Origin: an uncultured Gemmatimonadales bacterium
GTDB lineage: Bacteria > Gemmatimonadota > Gemmatimonadetes > Longimicrobiales > RSA9
Assembly: GCA_963798085.1 (NCBI GenBank)
Contig: CAWCRS010000003.1
Span: forward strand, 864,001-928,000
Direction: 5' to 3'
DNA length: 64,000 nucleotides
The notes beneath the pieces were generated by a model. That model was not told where the DNA came from, searched no databases, and saw only the letters and a program-made list of their open reading frames with translations. The position numbers were made by a program, and so were the translations under genes. Below are positions 10,820-21,465 of this stretch, in pieces (the first letter of the stretch is position 1; each line of letters opens with the position of its first letter).

Positions 10820-11332
10820 ATGTTGGCAATGAACAGTCACGGCAGGCTCCTCATCCTCGCGACCCTGCTCACGACCTCGCTCGCCGCAGGGCGCCAGGGT
10901 GCGGCTGCCGCTGTCCTCGCCGCGGTGCCTCCAGCGGCCTGCCCGGCCACCTCGCCGGTCACGTTGTCGGTCGGCCGCCGCGAAACCCAGGCTGGCGCGC
11001 GCAGCCAGGATCCCTGCACGAAACCCACGGCTGCTCTGGTCGCGAGCGGCAAGAAGGTGTTCGGCGGCGCGGGGAACTGTGCCACCTGTCACGGCACGGA
11101 TGCAAAGGGAACACCTCTCGCGCCGGATCTCACCGACAAGACGTGGCTCAACATCGACGGCTCCTTCGTGGCCATCGCAGGCCTGGTGCCCAAGGGTGTG
11201 CCACAGCCCAAGAGCCACCCGGCGCCCATGCCCCCGTTCGGCGGCGCACAACTCAACAATGCTCAGGTGTGCGCCGTCGCTGCGTACGTGTACTCGCTCA
11301 GTCATCCGGACAGCATTCCGAAGGGGAAGTAG
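10820..11332 (+). CDS. Periplasmic monoheme class I cytochrome c
   Basis: GGGAGG RBS, signal peptide, GKKVF...CATCHG, APDLTD, distal Met in PAPMPPFGG. Confidence 0.88.
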   Translation: MLAMNSHGRLLILATLLTTSLAAGRQGAAAAVLAAVPPAACPATSPVTLSVGRRETQAGARSQDPCTKPTAALVASGKKVFGGAGNCATCHGTDAKGTPLAPDLTDKTWLNIDGSFVAIAGLVPKGVPQPKSHPAPMPPFGGAQLNNAQVCAVAAYVYSLSHPDSIPKGK

Positions 11333-11565
11333 CCGCGCAACGCAGCTGAGTCTGCTGTATTGAACGTTCCGGGCCGGCCTCTGCCGGCCTGGAACTGGTC
11401 CGCGCATACCCCGCTCCACTTAACGCGCGGTTACAACCCGGAAGTGTGTGTACTTTGGCGCGGAGTCACGCTCACAGCCAGGTGATCTGCCGCATTCGCA
11501 AGTCCAGCAAGAACTGCCAGGAGCCAACCGCACAGCCTTGCGTTGTGTCCAACTTCCAGACTGCC

Positions 11566-13422
11566 ATGAGATTCGTGTCACCGAGACTGTTGCACGCAGC
11601 TCTCGCCGGTTGCTGCCTGACCGCCGCGTCAGCCCGGCTGGAGGCGCAGGCCGCTTCCTCAACCGAGGGCGTAGCCACGGCGCAGGCGCTGGCCGACTCC
11701 GTCCGTGTCCGCTTCGCCCGCGGTGACACCACGCGTTTCGCCCGCATTTTCCCCTTTGCCAGAGGCGTCGCCCTGCTCACGGACGCGGTGCGCAACGCGC
11801 ATCCGGCAGTGGCTGAAGTCGCGCGCGTTACGGGCGCCACCGCTGATTCCGCCACGCTGCTGCTCACGGGATTCGTACGCTTCCGCAGCACTGGCGACGA
11901 GACGCTGGCCGCTGCCGACTTCTCCGGCCTCTATCAGGCGGGTCGCGGCCGCGATGGCCTCTGGCGTCTCGTGCACGCGCTGCCCATGGCGAAGCAGACG
12001 CGCATTCTCGCGCATCGCCTGCACGTCGTGCTGCGGCCCGGACTCGGCCTGGATGTCACGGATTCACTGGACCTCGAAGTCGAATCGTCGCACGGTGCGC
12101 TGTTCCATCTCAACCACGCGGCCATGCTCGACACGGTGCGCGTGGCCGGCCGTGACGCGCACCATCTGTTCGGCGGCGGCGTGCTCTGGCTCGATGCTCC
12201 GGCTGACCAGGACACGCCTGTCGTCCTCAACTACCGCCTGGACATCGCGCAGGACTCGAGCGCACCCGTGAATTCCGCGCGCTTCCTGCCGGACTTCGGG
12301 CACGTGCGCGGCCAGTACATGTGGCATCCCATCGTTTGGTTCGACGACGCCGCGGCCGTTCACATCAACGTGCGCGCGCCGTCCGGCGTGCGCGTCGCTA
12401 CCGACCTGCCGCAAACCGACACGATCCTGCACGGCACCCGTATCGTCACGGCCGCAGCAGCCGTGCCTGCGGGCGCGCTGTCGCTGTTCTATGACCGGGA
12501 CTGGGTTCCCAGCGAGCGGCGCGTCGGCAATTATCGCTTCACTGTGTTCGCCACGCCCGGCTTCAGGCCCCCGGCCGATACTCTCGCCGCTGCGTTCCAG
12601 CGCATCGTGCGCGTGTACAGCGCTCGCTTCGGCCCCCCGCAAGCAGACTACCTCGCCGTGGTGCAGCAGCGTGCGCGACCCGGTGAAGGCTGGCTCTTCC
12701 GCTCGAATAATGTAATCGCCGCATCGCTCAACGGCTGGCTGCTCATGTTTTCCGAGCCGCAGCCGGGCACGCCTTTCGGCCACGAGATCGCGCACGGCTG
12801 GACCCACCCTGCCGGCAGCGCGCGCCTGTTCCTGAGCGAGGGATGGGCGACGTGGGCCGCTTCCCTGATCCTGCGTGATGTGTATGGCGCCGATGTCGAG
12901 CAGAAGTACTGGGATGCGCAGCGCCACGAATATCTGACCGGAGATTACGAAGGCAAGGCCAGCCTGGCAGGCGACGCGCTCAACAGCGGCGTGTCGTATG
13001 GGAAGGGCGCATGGGTGCTCAAGATGCTCGAGGAGGAAATCGGACAGGCAGCCTTCGATGGCGGCATGCGCGCCTGGATGGCCATACCGGCCGACAGACA
13101 GCCCGACTACATCGCCTTCCTCGACCGGATGAGCAGCGCCGCAGGCAGGGACCTGCGTGACTTCATGACGCCATGGGTGGAAGCGAAGGTGATCCCGCAG
13201 CTGACCGCGTCAATCGAAGCATCGCGTCTGGTGCTGACGCAGCGGCAGGACGGCCCGGTCTTTCAGCTGCATGTCAATGTGGACCTGATCACTGCCTCGG
13301 GCAGCGTTCGCGTCACCGTCCCGCTCGCCGCGCGCACGAGCTCGTTCCCCCTGCCACCCAGCGTCTCGTCTCCCGTAACCCGCATCGTCATCGACCCCGC
13401 GCGCAAACTCCTGCTCCACTAA
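11566..13422 (+). CDS. Secreted M1-family (gluzincin) metallo-aminopeptidase
   Basis: Signal peptide; HEIAHGW...FLSEGWA (HExxH + distal E); YGKGAWVL. Confidence 0.8.
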   Translation: MRFVSPRLLHAALAGCCLTAASARLEAQAASSTEGVATAQALADSVRVRFARGDTTRFARIFPFARGVALLTDAVRNAHPAVAEVARVTGATADSATLLLTGFVRFRSTGDETLAAADFSGLYQAGRGRDGLWRLVHALPMAKQTRILAHRLHVVLRPGLGLDVTDSLDLEVESSHGALFHLNHAAMLDTVRVAGRDAHHLFGGGVLWLDAPADQDTPVVLNYRLDIAQDSSAPVNSARFLPDFGHVRGQYMWHPIVWFDDAAAVHINVRAPSGVRVATDLPQTDTILHGTRIVTAAAAVPAGALSLFYDRDWVPSERRVGNYRFTVFATPGFRPPADTLAAAFQRIVRVYSARFGPPQADYLAVVQQRARPGEGWLFRSNNVIAASLNGWLLMFSEPQPGTPFGHEIAHGWTHPAGSARLFLSEGWATWAASLILRDVYGADVEQKYWDAQRHEYLTGDYEGKASLAGDALNSGVSYGKGAWVLKMLEEEIGQAAFDGGMRAWMAIPADRQPDYIAFLDRMSSAAGRDLRDFMTPWVEAKVIPQLTASIEASRLVLTQRQDGPVFQLHVNVDLITASGSVRVTVPLAARTSSFPLPPSVSSPVTRIVIDPARKLLLH

Positions 13423-13581
13423 CACGATGTTTGCCCGTGTCGCCGGGGTGGGAAGTTGCCTCAACCCTTAACTGCCGCCGATCAATGCCGCCGGACAGGG
13501 CGCACCCCGACGATCAGCGCCCCCTTCGTCGCGCGGCTTCACATCGGAAAGGCGACCCCGCCCATGACCACGCACCACCGC

Positions 13582-13625
13582 CGTTCCCCAGCCCCAGCCC
13601 CAGCCCGAGCCCCAGACCCAGCCCC
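13582..13625. repeat. (CCCCAG)n-like tract between convergent genes
   Basis: CGTTCCCCAGCCCCAGCCCCAGCCCGAGCCCCAGACCCAGCCCC. Confidence 0.6.
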
Positions 13626-13639
13626 GCCGTTCGCCCGCT

Positions 13640-15038
13640 TCAAATGTGCAGCGCCCGCCCCATCGATCCGAGTGCCGCCTCGCCGATCGCCTCCGACATG
13701 GTCGGGTGCGGATGGATCGCGCTGTCCATTTCTTCGGCTGTCGTCTCGAGCGCGCGGCCCACGACGAATTCCGCGATCATCTCGCTCGCGTTCAAGCCCA
13801 CAATGTGCGCACCCAGGATCTCGCCGTACTTCTTGTCGCGGATCACCTTCACGAAACCGTCCGTCTCGCCGGCAGTGCGTGCGCGGCCGTTGGCGCTGAA
13901 CGGGAACGACCCGATCTCGAAGTCCAGCCCTTTTTCCTTCGCCTGCTTCTCCGTCAGCCCGACGGACGCGACTTCGGGATGGCAGTAGGTGACGTTGGGT
14001 ATGTTGTTGTAGTCGACCGTGCCGTGCCCCACGCCGGCCAGCGCTTCCACGAGGTGCACGCCCTCGTGTGAGGCCTTGTGCGCCAGCAGCGGGGGACGCG
14101 CGCAGTCGCCGATCGCGTATATGCCCGCCGCCGTGGTGCGCAGGTTGTCGTCCACCTTGATGAAGCCCCGCTCCACCTGCACGCCGGCCTTTTCCAGGCC
14201 AATGTCGTCGACGATCGGCGCGCGCCCCACCGCCATGAGCACGCGCTCCACCTCGATGGTCTTCGACTTCCCATCCTTGGTCGCGAGGGTCAGCGTCACG
14301 CCGTTCTTGCCGACATCGGCCTTCTCGAGTCGTGCACTGGTGTGCACCTCAATGCCGCGCTTCCTGTAGGCTTTCTCGACGACAGTCGCCGAATCCGTGT
14401 CCTCCAGCGGCAGCACCTGATCGAGTGCCTCAATGATCGTGACCTTCGAGCCGAACGCGCTGTAGATGTCGGCGAACTCCATGCCGATCGCGCCCGCGCC
14501 AATGATGCCCAGCGTCGCAGGCGTCGCCGAGGGAAACACCGCGGTATCGCTGCTCCACACGCGGTCGCCATCGATCTTCAGAATGGGCAGCGACTTCGGC
14601 CGCGAGCCGGTCGCCAGGATGATGTGCTGCGCGCTCAGTCGTGCGGTCGCCATCCTTGCCACTGACTGACACCTTGTTACCGCCCGCCAGCCGGGCCCAG
14701 CCCGCCACGGTCTCGATCTTGTGCTTCTTGAACAGGAAGACGACGCCGCGCATTCCCTGGTCTGCGACTTTCTTCGCCCGCTTGCCCGCGACGCCAATGT
14801 CCAGCTTCACATCGGAAACGGTGATGCCGAAGTCGGCCAGGTCCGGCAGTTTCTTCGCGTATTTGGCGCTTTCCAGCAGCGCCTTGGTCGGAATGCAGCC
14901 GATTGCGTTGCACACGCCGCCCAGCTTGTCGGCCTCGATGCAGGCCACCTTCATGCCCAGCTGTGCCGCGCGGATCGCCGCCACGTAGCCGCCCGGCCCG
15001 CCGCCGATCACGATCAGATCGTATGAGTTGTCCGCCAC
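13640..15038 (-). CDS. lpdA: Dihydrolipoyl dehydrogenase (E3); frameshift near 14640
   Basis: YDLIVIGGGPGGYVAA, GGVCNAIGCIPTK, IIGAGAIGMEF, HPHPTMSE. Confidence 0.95.
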
Positions 15039-15170
15039 CGTGTTGCCTCCCCCGTGCAGGGTCCGGTCCGTCCGTTCACGGACAGGCGAGCGCCACTGTC
15101 GCCGCCCTGCCCGTGACGGGGACCCGCCCTCTCTAACACATTGTCAGTGAAGTTGTCCGGCCTGTCCGCA

Positions 15171-16475
15171 TCACACCAGCATCATGACGGGCTCCTCCAG
15201 GAACGCGCGCACCGTCTGCAGGAAGCGCGCGCCCGTGGCGCCATCCACGACGCGATGATCGCAGCTCATCGTCGCCCGCAGCCGTGGACGCACCACCATC
15301 TGCCCGTTCTCCACCACCACCTTCTCCGTCACCTGGCCCAGCGCCAGGATGCCCGCCTCCGGCGGGTTGATGATCGCCGTGAACTCGTCGATCCCGAACA
15401 TGCCCAGGTTCGAGAGCGAGAAGGTCGAGCCCGTGTACTCCTCGGGCTTCAGCTTCTTTTCGCGCGCGCGACCCGCCAGCTCGCGCACTTCCGCCGCGAT
15501 CTGCGCCACGCCCTTGCGGTCCGCATCTCTGATGACCGGCGTGATCAGCCCGTCCTCGATGGCCACCGCCACACCCACGTGTACGCGGTGATGGCGACGG
15601 ATCACCGACTCGCCCCACGACGCGTTCACCTCCGGGTGCCGGGCCAGAGCCATGGCCACGGCCTTGAGGATGAAGTCGTTGATCGATGCCTTCGTGCCGC
15701 TCGCCTCGAGCCGCCTGTTCACCTGCTCCCTCGCCGCTAACAGGCGAGTCATATCGACCTCGATGGAGAGGTAGAACGTCGGTACCGGCCCGATCGACGT
15801 GACCAGCCGCTTCGCGATCGTCTTGCGCACCTGCGACACCGGGACATCCTCCACGTCCGGTCCCGCGGCCAGATCGAACCTCGCCGCAGCGGCCGGCGCC
15901 TGTGCGGCCGCCTCAATGTCGCGCTTGATGATGCGACCGCCCGGTCCCGATCCCTGCACAGCCTCCAGCGCTATGCCTGCCTTGGACGCAATGCGGCGAG
16001 CCAGTGGCGACGCCCGCACGCGCCCATCGTCGCCCAATGCAGCCGGCGAGGAGCCTGATGCGGTGGGTGCAGCCGCAGTGGCGGCTCGTGCCGGCGGGGT
16101 TGCGACGGCAGCCGGCGCGGCCGGCGCCGCCAGCCCGCCCGGAGCTGATGAGCCTGCCGCCGCAGCGGCCGTGGCCTTGTCCGGCGCGCCGCCGTTGCCG
16201 CTGCTCAACTCCGCCAGCGCGGCACCGATTTCCTCGTCTGGCTTTGCAATGATTGCGATCACCTGGCCGACCTTCGCGGTGCCGCCCGCGGGCAGCCCGA
16301 TGCGCCGCAGCACGCCGCCGCCGCGCGCCACCAGCTCCATCGTCGCCTTGTCCGTCTCGATCTCGGCGAGGATGTCACCCTCGTTGATGGCGTCGCCTTC
16401 CTGCTTCAGCCAGCGGACGAGCTGTCCCTCTTCCATGGTGGGGGACAGCGCCTCCATGTGGACTCTTGTCGCCAT
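15171..16475 (-). CDS. pdhC: Pyruvate dehydrogenase E2, dihydrolipoamide acetyltransferase
   Basis: Lipoyl domain ETDKA, E3-binding ASPLARRIA...GSGPGGRI, catalytic DHRVVDG. Confidence 0.95.
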   Translation of the reverse strand: MATRVHMEALSPTMEEGQLVRWLKQEGDAINEGDILAEIETDKATMELVARGGGVLRRIGLPAGGTAKVGQVIAIIAKPDEEIGAALAELSSGNGGAPDKATAAAAAGSSAPGGLAAPAAPAAVATPPARAATAAAPTASGSSPAALGDDGRVRASPLARRIASKAGIALEAVQGSGPGGRIIKRDIEAAAQAPAAAARFDLAAGPDVEDVPVSQVRKTIAKRLVTSIGPVPTFYLSIEVDMTRLLAAREQVNRRLEASGTKASINDFILKAVAMALARHPEVNASWGESVIRRHHRVHVGVAVAIEDGLITPVIRDADRKGVAQIAAEVRELAGRAREKKLKPEEYTGSTFSLSNLGMFGIDEFTAIINPPEAGILALGQVTEKVVVENGQMVVRPRLRATMSCDHRVVDGATGARFLQTVRAFLEEPVMMLV

Positions 16476-16497
16476 TCCGCCGCTCGCTTTCGTTCGC

Positions 16498-17478
16498 TCA
16501 GGCGCGGTACAGCACGTCGTTGCAGGCCGCGATGATGCGGTCGGCCGATGGCTTCGCCAGCTTCTCCAGGTTCTTGCTGTAGGGCATGGGCAGATCCAGC
16601 TGCGTCACGCGTCGCACCGGTGCGTCCAGCCAGTCGAAAGCTTCCTGCTGGATGATGTCCACGATCTGCGCACCAATGCCGATGAAGGGCCAGCCCTCCT
16701 CAATGTATACCGCCCGGTTCGTCTTGTGCACGCTGCGCAGGATCGCCTCCACATCCAGCGGCCGCAGCGAGCGCAGGTCAATGACTTCCGCGTTAACATT
16801 CTGTTTGGCCAGCTGCGCGGCCGCCTGCAGCACCACGTGCACCATCTTGCCGTGCGTGATCAGCGTGACATCGCTGCCCTCGCGCTTCACATCCGCCACA
16901 CCCAGCGGCACAATGTGCTCACCGTCCGGCACTTCGCCCTTGAGCGCATAGAGCAGCTCGCCCTCCATCACCACCACGGGATCATTGTCGCGAATGGCCG
17001 CCTTGAGCAGCCCTTTCGCATCGGCCGGTGTGGCCGGCGTGCAGATCTTGAGGCCGGGGAAATGCGCGTACGTCGATTCCAGCGCCTGCGAGTGCTGCGC
17101 CGAAAGCTGCAGTGCCGCGCCCGTCGGTCCGCGGAACACGATCGGGCAGTGGAACTGGCCGTTCGACATGTACAGCACCTTCGACGCACTGTTGAACACC
17201 TGGTCCAGCGCCAGCATCGAGAAGTTGAAGGTCATGAACTCGATGACGGGCCGCAGCCCCAGCATCGCCGCACCCACGCCAATGCCCGCGAAGCCCAGCT
17301 CGGCAATCGGTGTGTCCACCACGCGCAACGGACCGAAGCGGTCCAGCAGCCCCTTCGACACCTTGTAGGCGCCGTTGTAGAGGCCTACTTCTTCGCCCAT
17401 CACGAAAACGCTGGCGTCGCGTTCCATCTCTTCCGCCAGCGCCTGGTTCAACGCCTCGCGATACATCATCACGGCCAT
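16498..17478 (-). CDS. pdhB: Pyruvate dehydrogenase E1 beta
   Basis: YREALNQA, DTPIAELGF, AQHSQ, IDLRSLRPLD. Confidence 0.95.
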   Translation of the reverse strand: MAVMMYREALNQALAEEMERDASVFVMGEEVGLYNGAYKVSKGLLDRFGPLRVVDTPIAELGFAGIGVGAAMLGLRPVIEFMTFNFSMLALDQVFNSASKVLYMSNGQFHCPIVFRGPTGAALQLSAQHSQALESTYAHFPGLKICTPATPADAKGLLKAAIRDNDPVVVMEGELLYALKGEVPDGEHIVPLGVADVKREGSDVTLITHGKMVHVVLQAAAQLAKQNVNAEVIDLRSLRPLDVEAILRSVHKTNRAVYIEEGWPFIGIGAQIVDIIQQEAFDWLDAPVRRVTQLDLPMPYSKNLEKLAKPSADRIIAACNDVLYRA

Positions 17479-17487
17479 CGCTTCCTC

Positions 17488-18680
17488 CTACTCCTCGACT
17501 GGCCCGTGCGGGCTCCCGGATCCGGCGAGCGCATCGAAGAACAGTCGACCGTGCACGTTCATGTCCGTGTACACGTGCTCGCGCAGCCCGGCTGGATCCG
17601 GCTCCGGCGATGCTTCCGCGAAGTCCACGGCGTCCTGAACCTCATCGTGGGCGCGCGCATCGATCGACTTCAGCTCCGCTTCCGTCAGCAGACCCGCGTC
17701 CTGCAGGCGATCGATGAAAATCCGGATCGGATCGTTCGCCTTGTGCTCCTCCAGCTCCTCTTTCGTGCGATAGACGCCACTGACCGGGTCCGACATCGAG
17801 TGCCCCATGAAGCGATAGGTCTGCGCCTCGATCAGCGTCGGCTTCCCCTCCCGCCTCGCCAGCTCCACCGCTTCCAAGCACGGTCGCGCGCATGGCCAGC
17901 ACATCCATCCCATCCACCGCGGCGGACCGCATCCCGTAGGAGTCCGCCTTCTTCGCGATGCTCAGCTCCGCCGCCGCCCGGTTCCAGGCCGTGCCCATGC
18001 CGAACCAGTTGTTCTCGACAATGTCAGATGACCGGCAACTTCCAGAGTTCAGCCATGTTCAGCGATTCGTGGAAGGAACCCTGATTCACGGCCGCTTCCC
18101 CCATGAAGCACACGCAGACCTGTGCGGCCGCGTCGTTGCGCGCGTTGCGCGCAGGACCACGGCCACTCCCGTTCTCGGCCGGATTGTCCGCGTTGGCGCC
18201 AGCTTGCGCCTGCTTGTAGCGAATGGCCCAGCCGATGCCCGTCGCGAGCGGAATCTGTCCGCCCACTATGCCCCAGCCACCCATGAAATGGTGCTGAGCA
18301 CTGTAAAGGTGCATCGAGCCACCCCGGCCACCCGAGCAGCCATCCGCACGGCCGTACAGTTCGGCCATGACCGCGCGCGCGCTGATGCCCTTCAGCAGCG
18401 CCTGGACGTGCTCCCGGTACGCCGTGATCACGTAATCGTCGGGATTCAGCGCCGCCATCGTGCCGGCAGCCACTGCCTCCTGTCCAATGTAGAGGTGGCA
18501 GAACCCGCCGATCTTGCCCACGGCGTACGCTTCAGCGGCCCGCTCCTCGAAGCGTCGACCCAGCAGCATCTGATGCAGGATCTGCTGCAGCTGCTCGCGC
18601 TCGAGCCCTTCGAGCTGGGCCTTCCGCCCATTGGCCGCGCGCCCGCGCGACCGGCTCTCGGCAGTCTCCGTGCTTGCCAT
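17488..18680 (-). CDS. pdhA: Pyruvate dehydrogenase E1 alpha; frameshifts near 18025 and 17880
   Basis: GFCHLYIGQEA, GRGGSMH, VDGMDV, TYRFMGHSMSD spread over three frames. Confidence 0.92.
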
Positions 18681-18823
18681 TGTCGTTCTCCACTCCGTGC
18701 GCGATCGCCCGCGGGCACCAACGCCTCCCCGTGCGCGGACGCCGAATCAGCCGCGTTGTCGCGTCGAAATATGGTTACTGATCAAGGCTGGCAGCGACCG
18801 GCGGCGTCCTGCCACCGGCGCGC

Positions 18824-19919
18824 TCATACCGCCTGACGTTTCGATTCGATCTGAACCAGACCATCCGCCCCGGGCGGATTCCTTGATTCCGCCGGTGCGG
18901 GCACGCCGGCCTCGAGGATTTCGCGGATCTCGCCAGGACCACCCGCCCGCACCGTCCTCGCCTGCGTTTCGGCATGGTAGCTCGAACGCACCAGCGGGCC
19001 CGACTCCACGTGCTGAAAGCCCAGCTCCTGCTCGCCTGTCCGCTTCCAATCGCGCGAATTCGTCCGGGCTCACCCACCTGGCCACAGGTGCGTGGTGCAC
19101 GGAAGGCCGCAGGTACTGCCCGAGCGTCAGGATATCGACGGACGCTTTGCGCAGATCCGCCATCGCCTGGCCGATCTCCTCCCGCGCCTCGCCGAGGCCC
19201 AGGATGATCCCCGACTTGGTCAGCATCGCCGGGTCCATCCGCTTCGCCGCACCCAGCAGCGAGATGCTGCGCCAGTAGCGGCCTCCCGGCCGCGCCCACG
19301 GGTGCAGTCGCTCCACCGTCTCGAGATTGTGATTCAGGATGTCCGGCCGCGCCTCGCACCACATCCGCAACGCATCTTCGTCGCCCTTGAAATCCGGAAT
19401 CAGCACCTCAATGGTCATCCCGGGCCGGCGTACCCGGCACTGGCGGATCGTCTCCGCGAAAATCGCCGCGCCGCCATCCTGCAGCTCGTCCCGGTTCACG
19501 CTCGTGATAACAACGTGTTCGAGCTCCAGCTGGGCCACCGCATCCGCCACCCGCCGCGGCTCATCCCAATCCAGCTCGGTGGGCATGCCGTGCGCGATCG
19601 CGCAGTACTTGCACGCACGCGTACAGACATCGCCCAGGATCAGGAACGTGGCCGTGCCGGCTTCCCAGCACTCGCCAATGTTCGGGCAGCCCGCTTCCTC
19701 GCAGACCGAATGCAGACGCGCCCCGCGCATCAGCTTCTTGAGGCGCAGGTAGTTCGTGCCCCCCGGCGAGCGCACCTTCAGCCACTCCGGCTTGCGCGTA
19801 CCCAAAGGCAACGGCTCGCCTTCCAGAATCGGAAGGCGGGCCGTCCCCTTCGATTTCACAATTCCCGTATCTTTCCCCGCTGGCGCGTATCCGCTTGCGG
19901 GGACCGGAGTTGTAGCCAT
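18824..19919 (-). CDS. lipA: Lipoyl synthase; frameshift near 19050
   Basis: RKPEWLK, CEEAGCPNIGEC, CTRACKYC, GQYLRP; C-terminal SGPLVRSSYHA in ORF 18824-19009. Confidence 0.95.
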
Positions 19920-19991
19920 CAGGCTCTGCTCGTTTCCCGTCCTGGAAGAACGCTCGAAATTAGCACCACCACCAAGGGGCGGCAACGCGGC

Positions 19992-20133
19992 ACGGACCGT
20001 CCTGCTATCCCGGGTGGCGGTCGCTCAATTCATAGCTGGCGATATCGATAGTCATCGACCACGCGGCTTCGATGCGCCTTGGCGTCGTGGATCGCATCAC
20101 TCGCCGGATGGAAAGAACGCCACAATGGTCCGT
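19992..20133. mobile_element. Degenerate copy of the ~144-bp element
   Basis: ACGGACCGTCCTGCTATCCC ... AAGAACGCCACAATGGTCCGT at the same spacing as the other copies. Confidence 0.45.
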
Positions 20134-20156
20134 TCGACCCATCGCTTCATATCGCC

Positions 20157-20301
20157 TCGGACCAGCTTGGCATTCTTGCGTTATGCCACTACCAGCAATG
20201 CCCGCGACCCCCCGACCCCATCCGAATCACGGATTCGATTCGCGGATGCGTCGCCGTGATAGTCGCGTCGGCCGGAAGGAAAGAACGCCAGGACGGTCCG
20301 A
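20157..20301. mobile_element. ~145-bp MITE/REPIN-like element, inverted relative to the 7.5 kb copies
   Basis: TCGGACCAGCTTGGCATTCTT ... GGCCGGAAGGAAAGAACGCCAGGACGGTCCGA (reverse complement of the conserved left arm). Confidence 0.7.
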
Positions 20302-20374
20302 TAACAGGCGCCCACGGACCGTAAGTGAGGAAGGCCGGGAAAAGAGAATCTGCGCTCAGAGGGGCTCGACCAGA

Positions 20375-20501
20375 AGGACCGAGCCCCGAAATAGGACCGA
20401 GCCCCGAAATCCGGTCTGGCGGCTTGAGTAGGTCGTCGCGCTGCCTCGACGGAGCCGCTCGTGAGTTGACTGACCCGGACTCGGGGCTCGGGGCTCGGGG
20501 C
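20375..20501. repeat. 18-bp direct repeat x2 and a complementary (TCGGGGC)x3 tract
   Basis: AGGACCGAGCCCCGAAAT at 20375 and 20393; TCGGGGC x3 at 20481-20501. Confidence 0.65.
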
Positions 20502-20519
20502 GACCCGGGGGCTTGCCCC

Positions 20520-21256
20520 TCAGGCCGCGTGACTCTCCTGGATCGCTGGTGCGTTGATCACGAACGAGTAGCACTCGCCGTGCTCGGATGGCGAGGCGAC
20601 TTCCAGCTTCGAGCCCATCGCGGACAGCAGCTTGCGACACACCGCCAGGCGCAGGGACGCCTTCGAGCTCACCGATCGATTCGCCCCGTTTTCACGGCAT
20701 GTCATGCTGTCGGCGATTCCCGGACCGCACACCTTGAACTCGAGAATGCTGCTCGTCGATCGGCAGAACCCTGATTTCGATCACATCGTCGATTGTGTAT
20801 TCCAGCGCGGTCGTCGCGAGGTTCAGCAGCACGCGGCCGATCGCCACGGAATCGCCCAGGTATTCGTCCGTGCCCTCCACGACCGTGGACAGCCGGACCC
20901 GCTTCTCCTCCAGCATGGGGCCCAGCACGTCGCCGGTGCCCTCGAGCAGCTGCCGCACCGAGAAGCTCGTGGCCTCGGCGCTGCTGATGCCATCCGGTGC
21001 GCCCCACAGCTCGATCATGTCATCGGCCATGCTGTGCGCCTGCAGTGCGGCGCAGTAGATGAATGCGAAGTTGTCGGCGACGAATCTCCTCCTGGTCACG
21101 GCGCGTCGACGTGCGTAACACCTGGGCCAGCGTCAGAATCGCTGTCAGGGGCGCGCGCATGTCCGCCGCCGCCAGGACTATCGACTCGACCCCCGGCCCG
21201 CCATCATGGCCGCCGCTGGGTACCGTGCCGCCGCTCATTTGCGCACTCGCCCGCAT
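20520..21256 (-). pseudogene. Degenerate histidine-kinase-like gene (HisKA + HATPase remnants) in three frames
   Basis: AADMRAPLTAI (phospho-His absent), RVLLNLATTALEYT (N-box-like), LRLAVCRKLLSAMG (G2-like). Confidence 0.55.
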
Positions 21257-21465
21257 GATCTTCTCCGCCTCCCGCTGTGGGCATTGTGTCGCGCCCGATC
21301 CGGCCCGCACAGAGGCAGACATCGGGCCGAAACCGCAGGAGAAGCGTAACTATGCGCAGGTTAATGGATTACAGATTTTGGCGGGTGCCGGATCCAGGGT
21401 GGTTTGCACCACCCTGGTGCACGATCGGCGGGGTGCGTTGCTTCAGATCGTTACGACCCTCCGCG

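Noticed and set aside
18024..18026. TGA in pdhA as a second selenocysteine codon
   Set aside because: The protein continues in a different frame (VI-YIVENN expected), so this is an indel, and the position is not a Cys site.
13640..19919. Programmed frameshifting or pseudogenisation of the PDH operon
   Set aside because: No slippery-site pattern was seen, and similar breaks occur throughout the window, so sequencing error is the simpler explanation.
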